Shown here: positions 40,767 to 50,136 of the stretch, piece by piece | How positions within the stretch are numbered: position 1 is the stretch's first letter | Layout of the letters: every line of letters begins with the position of its first letter | Assembly (NCBI GenBank): GCA_951813015.1 | Contig: CATOTG010000002.1 | Span: 402,101 to 466,100 of the forward strand | Direction: 5' to 3' | DNA: 64,000 nucleotides | DNA from: an uncultured Thermoanaerobaculia bacterium | GTDB taxonomy: Bacteria > Acidobacteriota > Thermoanaerobaculia > Multivoradales > Multivoraceae | The notes under the pieces: model-generated | What the model was told of the DNA's origin: nothing | The model's database searches: none | What the model saw: only the letters and a program-made list of their open reading frames with translations | Program-made: the position numbers and the translations under genes

Positions 40767-43700
40767 CGTTCGCTCCGCAGCGCGTTGAGTTCTTCCAACC
40801 GGGTCCGGTCCTTGCGCTTGACCCGCAGTTCCTCGTACGGGCCGCACACCCGCCGGTAGTCGCAGTAGCGGCATGCGTTCTTCGCGGGCGCCGCGGGCAG
40901 GAAGCCGGTTTCCAGCGCTTCGTCCACCTTGAGCAGCAGCCTGCGCGCGGCGCCGCGGCTGCGTTGGTCGAGCGGCACGGAGACGGCGCTGTAGTCGCCG
41001 CGCTGAGTGCAGTAGAAAAGCCGGCCCGAAACGACTTCCCGCTCGAGAACGCGCTCCGCGGCCAGGCTGTAGAGAACCGGCTGCAGAACCTTGCCGCCGC
41101 CGATCACGAGACCGCCGCCGGCGTGGACCGCGCGCCCCGTCTTGTGGTCCGTCACCCGGAGCTGGCCGTTCGCGTCCTCCTCGACGAGGTCGATCGATCC
41201 GCGCAGTCGCGCGACGTCGAGCACTTCCGCCGGCGCCGGACAACCATGGGGATCCCGGTCCCGGGAGCGTCTCAAGCCGAAGGAGAGTTCGGCATGGATC
41301 GGCTTCCACTGGCCGCCCTCATCCGCCACCTGTCGCAACCAGCCCCGAAGATCGGCCCGCAGTCCTTCGAACTCTGCCTTCCACACCCGTTCGATCGGCG
41401 GCGCGAGTTGCTCCCGGTAGTCGCGCTCGCTCGTGACCAGCACGTCGTCGAGCCGCTCGAAGACCGCCTCCAGGTTGTCCGCCACGACCGGCAGGAGGTC
41501 GGCCTCCTTCAGCGCGCCGAACAGGCGGAACTGGATCTCGTGGAAGATGCTGCCGCGGGTCATCGGGTCCAACTGCTCCAGTTGGACGAGTTCGTCTCGC
41601 GGGTACAAACGCAGCACCGCCTGGAGGAAGAACCGGTAGGGACAGGCGGCATAGTGCTGAAGCGCCGTCGGCGAGTAGGAGCGGGCGCCGATGCGCTGGG
41701 CGACCAACGCCTGGAGAGCCTCGGGACTCGCGTCCACGAGACCGTCGACCGGGAACCAGGGCCGCCGCCAACGACGACCGCGCGCCTGAAGCGCCCGCTT
41801 CAGATGCTCGTTCGACTCGAGCAGGAAGCGTGCCCGGCCGCGGCGCTGCGCGACCGGAGCTTGAGCGCCGAGGTACGGCCGCAGGAGAGCCAGGTCGAAC
41901 TCGGCCTCGTCGACCGCGTCCTCCGGCGCCTCGGGGGCCGGCCAGCCAACCACCGCGGCGCCGCCCGCCTCCGCCCGGCGGCCGAGCTCCTCCAGGTCCG
42001 GCAGCCTTCCCTCGGCGCCGCGGAGCACGTCGAGCGCGTACAGCGACGGCACCCGGGCGCGCCCCTGCACCAGGTCGACCCGCGGATAGGACACGACCAG
42101 CCGACGACTCGCCGCGCCGAGCGCAAGACGGAGCAGCAGTTGCTCCCTCCAGGTGCGGCGCTGGTTTCCGGTCAGGCGATAACCGGACTGCCGGAGCGCC
42201 TCGCGGCGCTCGTCGAGCAGCAGCGGGTCTTCGCCCGTGCGCCGAGGGAACACGCCTTCCGCCAGGCCCGGAACGAACACCAGATCGAAGCTTCGCCCAG
42301 CCGCTTCCTCGACGCCGCCCACGAAGACGCGGCCGAACCGCCTCCTCGGCGGCTGGTTGCGGCCGAAACGCAGCCGCTCAGCGAGGATCCGCTCCACTTC
42401 GGCAAGTCCGACTTCGTCGACCTGCGCCAGGGGTCTGAGCTCGGCCAGCACCTCGAGCACAGTCTCCGGGCGCCGCAGCGCCATCGTCGCGAGTTCGCCG
42501 AGGCGTTCGAGCCACAGGGCCCAGTCGGCCCGCTCCGGCAGGGCGTCCAGGAACCGGATCAGGGGCAGCGCGAAGGCCTGAAGCGTCTCCAGGCGGTCGA
42601 TCTGGCGCTTGAGGTAAGCCCGGTGTCCGTCGTCCTCATCCCCCGCCTCGCGCAACCGCAACCGGAACTCCGCGCCCAGACCCTCGAGACGCTCCGTCCA
42701 GCGCTCGGCGCCGCCGACCACGGCGGCATCGACCAGGAGGCGCTCCCACTGAGCCGGGACACGCAGCGCACCGGCCGGGGCGGCGTCTTCCCCGACACCG
42801 ACGTCGGCCTCGGCTGGCGGTGCGCCGTCGCCGCCAGAGCCCGCGCCATCTTCGGATCCGGCGACCTCTTCCGATCCGGAGGGCTCGTCGGGTGACTTGA
42901 GCACGAGTTGATCGCCGGCCGGCTCGACCCACGGCGTCTCGCGCCGCGGCGGCGCGCCGCCGGCAGCCGGCTCGGGAGTCTGCCCCAGGGAGAGATACTC
43001 GGCGAAGCGAGTCGCGGACAGTCTCTCCGCCGCACACGCAAGAAGCGACAGAAACGCGCGCCCGGCGGGATTCGGACGCAGCGTTCCCTGCGTGATGCAG
43101 GCCGGAATGCCCGCTCGGGCAAGCGCATCCTCGATCAGGGGCAGGTACGCAGCCGGCTGGCGCACCAGAATCGCGATGCGATCGAACGCCAGGCCCGCAG
43201 CGGCCGCGCGGTGGATGCGCCGGGCGATCTCGACGCACTCCTGCCCCTCACCGGCGGCCGAGAACAGGTCGACGGACTCGTCGGCGGGCGCGGCCCCGTC
43301 ACCTGCCGGAGATACGTCCGCGCCCGTCTCGAAGACGAACCGCTGCACTCGATCCAGCCGTCGCCCGGCCAAGGCCCCGCCGTCGGCCGGCTCTTCCCGG
43401 TCAAGGTCGATCACCGCCCGATCATCGAGCACGGAACCCAGCCACTCGAGGGCCTCGTCGTCGCCCGCGGCCACGGTCGCGAGCACGTCCCCGCTTCGCC
43501 CGGCCAACTTCTGCAGCAGCTCCGCCTGGCTGGCGCTTCGAAGCGGCAGGTCGAGCCACAGCGACGCCGGCGGAACCGCGACGCCCGGCTTCGCGACAGC
43601 GATGCCGGCGAGTCGCAGCACGGTTGTTCGATCGGCAAGGCGGAAGCGGTCCATCTCCTCGTCGAATCGACGAAGCAGCCGCTCCAGGTCGCGCGTCCTT

Positions 43701-44140
43701 TCGTCGACCTGCAGTTCGGCTGGCGGAACGCCCGCCGCTCGCAGCTCGCCGATCGTCGCGGCCAGGGAGCGCGCAAAACCGGGCATTCCCGCCACCGGCG
43801 ACAACCGCTCCAGCTCCCCTGCCGTCTGTGCCATGCGGGCCACACGGGCGGCCATTGCCTCGGTTCCGAGCGCCGTGACCGGGTTGAGGTCACGGGCAGC
43901 CAGTTCAAGCGCCGCGGTCTGGAGCGCCCACTGGTCCAGCGAGGCGCGGTGGACCCCAAGAACTCCGTGGCCGTTCGCAGACAGGCCGCGAACCAGATCG
44001 TCGGCGGCGCCCCGGGACGCCGCCAGCAGCAACGTCTCCCCGTCGTCGCGGCCGCGGTCTCGCAGCCAGTTGCCGGCGGCCGCAAGCCGGCGGGCGCCCG
44101 AGCAAGAGACGAAGATCGCAGCGTGAGCCAGCGGCGTTAC
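40763..44140 (-). CDS. addB: helicase/nuclease subunit B (AddB-type, no Walker A, C-terminal nuclease with Fe-S cysteines)
   Basis: About 1120 aa. C-terminal RecB-like nuclease with HAELSFG...DLVE...TDHKTG and a terminal CRYCDYRRVC cysteine cluster. No GKT motif, so it is the inactive-helicase AddB type. The true start is uncertain (the ORF upstream of about 44140 overlaps the neighbouring gene). Confidence 0.75.
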   Translation of the reverse strand, partial: VTPLAHAAIFVSCSGARRLAAAGNWLRDRGRDDGETLLLAASRGAADDLVRGLSANGHGVLGVHRASLDQWALQTAALELAARDLNPVTALGTEAMAARVARMAQTAGELERLSPVAGMPGFARSLAATIGELRAAGVPPAELQVDERTRDLERLLRRFDEEMDRFRLADRTTVLRLAGIAVAKPGVAVPPASLWLDLPLRSASQAELLQKLAGRSGDVLATVAAGDDEALEWLGSVLDDRAVIDLDREEPADGGALAGRRLDRVQRFVFETGADVSPAGDGAAPADESVDLFSAAGEGQECVEIARRIHRAAAAGLAFDRIAILVRQPAAYLPLIEDALARAGIPACITQGTLRPNPAGRAFLSLLACAAERLSATRFAEYLSLGQTPEPAAGGAPPRRETPWVEPAGDQLVLKSPDEPSGSEEVAGSEDGAGSGGDGAPPAEADVGVGEDAAPAGALRVPAQWERLLVDAAVVGGAERWTERLEGLGAEFRLRLREAGDEDDGHRAYLKRQIDRLETLQAFALPLIRFLDALPERADWALWLERLGELATMALRRPETVLEVLAELRPLAQVDEVGLAEVERILAERLRFGRNQPPRRRFGRVFVGGVEEAAGRSFDLVFVPGLAEGVFPRRTGEDPLLLDERREALRQSGYRLTGNQRRTWREQLLLRLALGAASRRLVVSYPRVDLVQGRARVPSLYALDVLRGAEGRLPDLEELGRRAEAGGAAVVGWPAPEAPEDAVDEAEFDLALLRPYLGAQAPVAQRRGRARFLLESNEHLKRALQARGRRWRRPWFPVDGLVDASPEALQALVAQRIGARSYSPTALQHYAACPYRFFLQAVLRLYPRDELVQLEQLDPMTRGSIFHEIQFRLFGALKEADLLPVVADNLEAVFERLDDVLVTSERDYREQLAPPIERVWKAEFEGLRADLRGWLRQVADEGGQWKPIHAELSFGLRRSRDRDPHGCPAPAEVLDVARLRGSIDLVEEDANGQLRVTDHKTGRAVHAGGGLVIGGGKVLQPVLYSLAAERVLEREVVSGRLFYCTQRGDYSAVSVPLDQRSRGAARRLLLKVDEALETGFLPAAPAKNACRYCDYRRVCGPYEELRVKRKDRTRLEELNALRSER

Positions 44141-45558
44141 TCCGGTGGCGGAATGAGTTCCAGAGCGGCCAGACGTCCGCGGCCGCGCACGTACAGGACG
44201 CCGTGAGCCAGCACCGGCGCCGCCCAGGCCGGGTAGCGCAGCAGGTCGACCGTCCGGCCGTTGACGTCGACCCGGAGACGAAGTTCCGCTACCAGCTGGT
44301 AACTCTCCGGAGTGGCCCGCACCAGCAGCAGATCGCCGCCCTCGCTCTGCACCACGAAATGGCCGTCGACGTAGAGCAACTGGGTGCGGCCGAGGCGGGG
44401 CTGGCTCCAGTGGACCTCGCCGGTCGCCCATTCGACGGCCCGGAGTTCGGCGTTGGGCGACTTCTCGCCGCTCGAGACGTAGACCGCGCCCTCGTGGTAC
44501 ACCGGCGTGTTCCAGTGGGCGGCAATCGCCTGATCGCGCGGACCGTCCTGCCAGACCGGCGAGAAGCCGGTGGCGCCACGTTCCGGGTCGCCGTCGTACT
44601 CGAGCAGGACCGCGCCCTTCTCGTACGACTCGGTGAGCAGGACCTGGGCGCCGACCACGACGGGATTCGCCGCGTTCACGCTGCTCAGTCGGCGCGCCCG
44701 CCAGCCGAAGCCGTCGAGCTGCCGGCCATCCTTCGGGTCGAAGACGATCAGTCCCGAACGGGCGAAGTGGAAGCCGCGCCGCCTGCCGCCGACGTCCCGG
44801 ACCACCGGACTCGCGTAGCTGGCGAGGTCGTCGCCGAGGCGATAGCGCTCCTCCCCCGTCCGCTTGTCGAAGGCGACCAGCGCCGTGCCGTTCGGCTTCA
44901 ACCTTCCGCTATGAATGTTCGGCGAGCCCGGCGGACTCCCGCCGACCGCCACGATCAGCAGGTCGTCCTCGATCCAGGGCGCGCTGGCGACGCCGAAGAA
45001 GTTCTGCTGCACTCCGTACTCGGCATGCAGGTCACGCTCCCACAGAACCTCGCCGTCAAGCACCCGGTGGCAGCGGAGCAGGCCGTCGGCGCCGACCGCG
45101 TAGACCCGCGGTCCGTCGACCAGGGGCGCCGTGCGCGGGCCGCCGTCGTAGCCGTAGTAGTCCTCGTAGTCCGTCCGAACCTCGGAACGCCAGAGCTCCT
45201 CGCCGGTCTCGGAACGGACCGCGACCAACCGCGCCTGGTCACGGAAGCGGGTGAAGTAGAAGAGCCGGCCTCGGGCCACGGAGGGCGCCGCGTAGCCCTC
45301 GCCCAGTTCGAGGCGCCAGATCAGCGGCGGCGGATCGGTCGCCCAGTCCGTGCGGATGCCGGTCTCGGGCGACTTCGAATCGCGGTTCGGGCCGAGAAAG
45401 CCCGGCCAGTCGATGCCGTCCGTCCGCGTGCGGAGGTCGGGCGGTGGAGCGTCAGCGCCGCCCCGCGCCAAGGCGGACGAAGTCTGAATCGCAACGTTCG
45501 CGGCCAACAGAACGACGGTCGCTCCCGCCGCGGCCGCGGGACAGCGGCGCCTGTTCAC
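44137..45558 (-). CDS. secreted PQQ-like beta-propeller repeat protein (paralogue of 12648..14030)
   Basis: Signal peptide; WPGFLGPNRD, LVAVRSETGEELWRSEV, RVLDGEVLWERDL and LRAVEWATGEVHW blades. Same architecture as the other PQQ-propeller protein. Confidence 0.7.
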   Translation of the reverse strand: MNRRRCPAAAAGATVVLLAANVAIQTSSALARGGADAPPPDLRTRTDGIDWPGFLGPNRDSKSPETGIRTDWATDPPPLIWRLELGEGYAAPSVARGRLFYFTRFRDQARLVAVRSETGEELWRSEVRTDYEDYYGYDGGPRTAPLVDGPRVYAVGADGLLRCHRVLDGEVLWERDLHAEYGVQQNFFGVASAPWIEDDLLIVAVGGSPPGSPNIHSGRLKPNGTALVAFDKRTGEERYRLGDDLASYASPVVRDVGGRRRGFHFARSGLIVFDPKDGRQLDGFGWRARRLSSVNAANPVVVGAQVLLTESYEKGAVLLEYDGDPERGATGFSPVWQDGPRDQAIAAHWNTPVYHEGAVYVSSGEKSPNAELRAVEWATGEVHWSQPRLGRTQLLYVDGHFVVQSEGGDLLLVRATPESYQLVAELRLRVDVNGRTVDLLRYPAWAAPVLAHGVLYVRGRGRLAALELIPPPE

Positions 45559-45947
45559 TCTCCCGAGACCAGATCGATCCGGTCCGGCCGGTTCGGCACC
45601 AGGCACAGGAACTCGAACGGCGCCTCGATCACTTCGTAGGAGTGCGCCAGACCCGCGGGGATCAGCAGCACGTCATCCGCGCCGACCTCGACCGTCTCCT
45701 CGCCCAACACGATCCGCGCCCGGCCCTGAAGCACGTACTGCTCATGCTCGACCTGGTTCGTGTGCAGCGGCATCCCGCCGCCGTCCTCCATCCGGAACCG
45801 CCGCATCGCGAAGTGCGGCGCGTCGTCATCGGCGCCGAGCAAGACCTGGGTCGTCGTCGCGGCGCCGAGTTCAACGCGGTTCGCGGGCGCGTCGTCGGCG
45901 CGGCGAACGACGGCCGTGCGGGTCGATGGAGGCGAGACACGAGTCAC
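45555..45947 (-). CDS. cupin-domain protein
   Basis: C-terminal MPLHTNQVEHEQYVLQGRARIVLGEETVEVGADDVLLIPAGLAHSYEV is a two-motif cupin barrel. GTG at 45945-45947. The 328-aa track ORF N-extension looks spurious. Confidence 0.6.
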   Translation of the reverse strand: MTRVSPPSTRTAVVRRADDAPANRVELGAATTTQVLLGADDDAPHFAMRRFRMEDGGGMPLHTNQVEHEQYVLQGRARIVLGEETVEVGADDVLLIPAGLAHSYEVIEAPFEFLCLVPNRPDRIDLVSGE

Positions 45948-45990
45948 GGCCTCGGACTCTACCGCGCCGAGGCGGCGGGGCAACGGAGCC

Positions 45991-46851
45991 TCAGGGAGAG
46001 GGAGCGATGCTGGAACCCGCCCTGATCGCCCACCGACCGTCCTCCTCGGTGACCAGGTAGACCGTGTCGAAGCTGTGGATCCTGGCATCGCCGGCGCCGT
46101 AACGGGTGATCCTGACCGCGACGTTGACGCCCCGGGCGCCGACCTGGATTGCCTCCATCGAGTCCGCTTCCGAACGCTCCCAGCCGAGCCGCTCCGCAAA
46201 GGCGTCGAAGTCGAACCCCTGCAGGTACTCCGCGGCGGACTCCCACACTCCGGCTCTTGCGACTCCCACCCGAACGTGGGGGAACTGGAGGGCGCCAACC
46301 ATCGCCTCCTCGTCGCGGGCGTTGAACGCCGCGAGGTAGCGGTCCACTGCGGCCAGGCCCTCCGCGGCGGTCGCCTCGCGGTCGGCCTCCGACAGATCGT
46401 CGAAGCCTGCCGCGAGCCGCGCCTGGATGCCGACCGAGCCGTCCGTCTCGGTGACGACGTAGGTGACCTGGTTGCTCCAGATGGCCGAGCCGTCCGCGCG
46501 CAGCCGCGTGTACCGCCCGGCGACGTGAGCCTGGCCGTCACCGGCCTGGACGACGGTCGCCGAATCCAGGCGGCTCCGGTCCCATCCCGTCGCCAGCACC
46601 TGATCGAAGTCGACGGTCGCGGCGTAGGCCCCGGCGTCGGCGAACACCCGGCCGTCGAAGGCCGCTGCCGGTCGCGCGTGCGGGTATCGAAGCGTCGCCG
46701 CGAAGGCAGCGGAGTCGCGCGTGTTCCAGGCTTCGATGAAGCGGTGGACGGCCTGGACGGCCTGCTCCTCGGTCAAGGCGGCTGCCGCGCCGGCGCAGAC
46801 CAGGAGGAGAACCAGCAGTCGGAGGAGGTGATGAACGACCTTGCGCAAAGT
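45991..46851 (-). CDS. secreted protein with two tandem NTF2/SnoaL-like (DUF4440-type) domains
   Basis: Signal peptide LLRLLVLLLVCAGAAAA, then two copies of an ...AVxRFIEAWNTRD...(Y/F)PH(A/V)R... module. Start is approximate. Confidence 0.5.
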   Translation of the reverse strand, partial: TLRKVVHHLLRLLVLLLVCAGAAAALTEEQAVQAVHRFIEAWNTRDSAAFAATLRYPHARPAAAFDGRVFADAGAYAATVDFDQVLATGWDRSRLDSATVVQAGDGQAHVAGRYTRLRADGSAIWSNQVTYVVTETDGSVGIQARLAAGFDDLSEADREATAAEGLAAVDRYLAAFNARDEEAMVGALQFPHVRVGVARAGVWESAAEYLQGFDFDAFAERLGWERSEADSMEAIQVGARGVNVAVRITRYGAGDARIHSFDTVYLVTEEDGRWAIRAGSSIAPSP

Positions 46852-46856
46852 GACTC

Positions 46857-47681
46857 CTAGCGACCAAGGGTTCGGGCGACTCGGAAGCCGACGATCTCCA
46901 TTCTGAACGACCCGGGCCACCTGCCTCGAATCGGGGCGCCCGGCGGTCCTCCCGTCATCCAGCCGCCGCCACGGACAACGCGCTCCTCGCAATCTCCTTC
47001 GATCCTTGCGGCGCCATCAGACGGAGCCCCGACATGGTTGCCGTTCCAGCAGTCCTGCACCCATTCGGAGACGTTGCCGAGCATGTCGTGGAGGCCCCAG
47101 GAATTGGCCGGGAAGGATCCGGTCGGCGCGCTCTGTTTCGCATCCCAACGACTCCCGCAACGCCCGCAGTTCGCCTTGTTGTCGGCCCAATCCATTCTCC
47201 CCGTTGAGCCCGCGCGTGCCGCGTACTCCCACTCGGCCTCGCTCAAGAGGCGGTAAGCCTCTCCCGTCTCGTTCGACAACCACTCCGTGTAGGCTTGGGC
47301 CTCCGGCCAGGACAGGTTGATCGCGGGCCGGCGACCGCGGCCCCATCCGTAATCGTCCGCCCGCTCGGTCGCACCGGTGAAGCGGTCGTAGTCCTTGAAC
47401 GTCACTTCGTACTTCGATACGGCGAACGGTCGCGGAATCTTCACCCGATGCACTGGTTCTTCGCTGGGATGGCAGTCCACACCCGGCAGCGGCGGGGGCG
47501 TGCCGAAACACCCCATCTTGAACTCGCCCGACGCGATGACGACCATCTCGGGGCCGCGCTCGCCGGAGCCGAGCAAATCCGAGAAAACCTCGCCGGGTTG
47601 CGGCAGGATGACCGCGCTGCACTGAATCAGCAAGAGCGGCAGGAACGGGGAGAACCAGAGCTTCCGGAACGTCGTTCTCAC
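46857..47681 (-). CDS. formylglycine-generating-enzyme family protein (SUMF1/FGE-sulfatase domain), secreted
   Basis: Signal peptide. RLLSEAEWEYAARAG, GNVSEWVQDCW and RVVRGGGW are FGE-domain hallmarks. Confidence 0.8.
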   Translation of the reverse strand: MRTTFRKLWFSPFLPLLLIQCSAVILPQPGEVFSDLLGSGERGPEMVVIASGEFKMGCFGTPPPLPGVDCHPSEEPVHRVKIPRPFAVSKYEVTFKDYDRFTGATERADDYGWGRGRRPAINLSWPEAQAYTEWLSNETGEAYRLLSEAEWEYAARAGSTGRMDWADNKANCGRCGSRWDAKQSAPTGSFPANSWGLHDMLGNVSEWVQDCWNGNHVGAPSDGAARIEGDCEERVVRGGGWMTGGPPGAPIRGRWPGSFRMEIVGFRVARTLGR

Positions 47682-48083
47682 AACTCGTACCTACCGAGAG
47701 AGACTTGCAACGCCATGCGAACCAGAGCCTCGCGGCCACTCACTGTTCGTCCCCTTCCGGTTGGTGGAATGAACGCTGCGGACGAACAACCGTCCGGCTT
47801 CGCCAACCGCAGTGTCGGCGAAGTCGCCGAACACGACGCGGTCAAACGCCCGCGGCGCAAGTGCGACCTGATCGCTCCGCCTCGACCTCAACGACACGCC
47901 GGGCGGGAACGGATCGTCCATGGCCCCCGGACATCACGACATACTACCTGCCCCGCAGCGCCTTGCGCTCCCGCTCAATGCGGAACGCCGGGCGGCGAGC
48001 CCGAGCAGCCGGGCCGCTAGAGTCGCCGGCTCCATGCCCGCCCGAGCCCCCTCTTCCCCTGAAGGACCCGGCCCCGGAACCGA

Positions 48084-48851
48084 ATGCGACAGCGACGCCT
48101 GAGCGGCATCGTCAGCGGCCTGGGGCCGTTCGCCCATCTGGACTTCGAGCGCAAGCTGCTTGAGGCAGCGAGCGAGTTGGTCGGCGCCCGGCGCGACCAG
48201 GACTTCCCGCAGTGGGTGCTGTCAAGCATCCCGCGGACGCCGGACCGGACCGAGGCGTTTCTGGGCCGGGCGGAGGACCCGACGCCGGCGCTGCTGCGCA
48301 GCCTGGAACGTGTCCGGCGAGCCGGCGCGGACTTCGCGGTCGTCGCCTGCAACACGGCGCACCTGTTCCTGGATCGGCTGCGCGAGGAAAACCCGCCGCC
48401 GATCCTCAGCCTGATCGAGGTGACGGCCGACGAGGCGGCCCGGATCGCGCCGGGCGGTTCGGCGGGGTTGCTCGCTACATCCGGAACGCTCCGGTCGCGC
48501 CTCTACCACGATCCGCTGGAGGCGCGCGGGCTGCGGCCGGTGAGCCCGTTCGACCTCGAGAGCGGCGAGGAGCTGCAGCGCCGCGCAGTGATGGAGCCGA
48601 TCTACGGACTTTGGATCGACGGGCGCCACCAAGGCGGCGGAATCAAGACGGATGGCGGGTCGGCGGAGGCGCGTGAGCTTCTGGAGAAGGCGGCGCGCCG
48701 GTTGGTCGACGAAGGCGGCGTGGCGGTGCTGGTGGCTGGATGCACGGAGATTCCACTGGCGCTCGAGGGGCCGACGATTGCTGAACGGCCACTGCTGGAT
48801 CCGGCGAAGTTGCTGGCCACGGCCGCCATTCGGCACGCGTACGGGCTCTGA
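48084..48851 (+). CDS. Asp/Glu/hydantoin racemase family protein (aspartate racemase-like)
   Basis: GIVSGLGPFAH, AVVACNTAH (catalytic Cys 1) and LVAGCTEIP (catalytic Cys 2). Confidence 0.85.
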   Translation: MRQRRLSGIVSGLGPFAHLDFERKLLEAASELVGARRDQDFPQWVLSSIPRTPDRTEAFLGRAEDPTPALLRSLERVRRAGADFAVVACNTAHLFLDRLREENPPPILSLIEVTADEAARIAPGGSAGLLATSGTLRSRLYHDPLEARGLRPVSPFDLESGEELQRRAVMEPIYGLWIDGRHQGGGIKTDGGSAEARELLEKAARRLVDEGGVAVLVAGCTEIPLALEGPTIAERPLLDPAKLLATAAIRHAYGL

Positions 48852-49109
48852 CGGGACCGCTGTTCAGGCGCCGTCGCTTTGCGGCGGTTGAGTCCGCCGA
48901 AGAACGGGGCGCGACGCAGCCTCTGATCAATCAACCCGATTGGATGCCGGCAAGTCGATCCGATACGTGGCGGCAACGGTCTGGAGACGAATCGACCCTC
49001 GCGTCGTGCCGAACCCCGGAGCATCTACTGCGAACCGATACTCTCCGACTGGAAGCCGACCGGTCGATACCGTTCCTGCCACTGCTGTCCCATAGAATCG
49101 GTTGAAAAA

Positions 49110-49214
49110 CAGCCTAGTCCCATACAGAGATGAGCCTGAACGGGGGTCTCATCGGCAGTGATGGCGAGAGGGGTGTGGGGTGTTTGTTTCAGGTCTGCTG
49201 ATTGGAGCGAAGCG
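49110..49214 (-). repeat. 105-bp segment identical to 57218..57322 (inverted orientation); presumed terminal/subterminal segment of an IS481/rve-like element
   Basis: Exact match by eye: CCGCTTCGCTCCAATCAGCAGACCTGAAACAAACACCCCACACCCCTCTCGCCATCACTGCCGATGAGACCCCCGTTCAGGCTCATCTCTGTATGGGACTAGGCT. Confidence 0.8.
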
Positions 49215-49308
49215 GAGATCAGCACCAGGGACCAACGGTAGCGCGGGGACCGCGAGGCCGCGGCCGACGTGCACTGAAGGCGAGATGCGCAGCGGTTCGC
49301 GGTTCCGC

Positions 49309-50136
49309 TCATGCGACGGTTGCATCGCGGCGTCGGATTTCGGCGAAGAGCGCGACCAGCGCCTCGTTGACGGTGCCCGCCGCGGCGAGGTCGTCGAGCG
49401 CCAGGGCCTCCTGGTCGAGCTGCTCGAAGGTGACGCCGGGGCGCAGGTGCTGGTCGGCGGCGTCGAGCGACTTGAGCTTGAGGTAGGGCGTGGTGACCTT
49501 GTCGAAGGGGTAGGTCTTGCGGATGCGTCCCTTGGCGTTGGTCTTCTCGACCGGGAAGTGGCAGGGCCGGTGGTAGTTGAGGTAGGGAGCGAGGACGTCG
49601 CGCAGGAAGTCGTTGACGAGGGCGGCGTGATGGCGGGGAATGTGGTCGTAGCCGAGGTAGCGCCGGACCACCGAGGCATTCTTGCTCTCGACCAGGGCGT
49701 TGTCGTTGCAGCGTCTCGGGCGGGACTTGGTGAACTCCTCGACATGGAGCTTGCGCAGCAGCGCGGCGACCCGGTGGTTGATGTACTCGGAGCCGTTGTC
49801 GGCGTGGAAACCCCGGACGACAAAGGGGAAAGCCTCGATCGACCCTTGAAGGGCCGGAACCAGGAAACGCTCCGAAATGCCCTCTACGGCGGCCACAAAC
49901 TCGTACTGCGTGACCTCGTCCACGAGGTTGATCTCGTACAGACCCTTCTCCCCGTCGAGGTCGCCCTGGTGGACGGAATCCACTCGCAGAAAGCCCGCCC
50001 GTCCGGCCGGATGGGGCTTCCGCCGCTCTCCGATGCTCACCTGCGTCGCCCGGGTCCTGGTCACCGTCAGCCGGCGCCGGCGGTAGGTCACCGACTGGCG
50101 AAGACTGGGGTTGACCCGGTTCCGTGGACACCTCAT
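49309..50136 (-). mobile_element. 5'-truncated transposase (rve integrase-core, IS481/ISNCY-like), copy A
   Basis: FLRVDSVHQGD...VRGFHADNGSEYIN...NALVESKN DDE core. About 55 % identical to the 57661..58542 copy. The N-terminus is cut by the IS3 insertion at about 50111. Confidence 0.75.
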
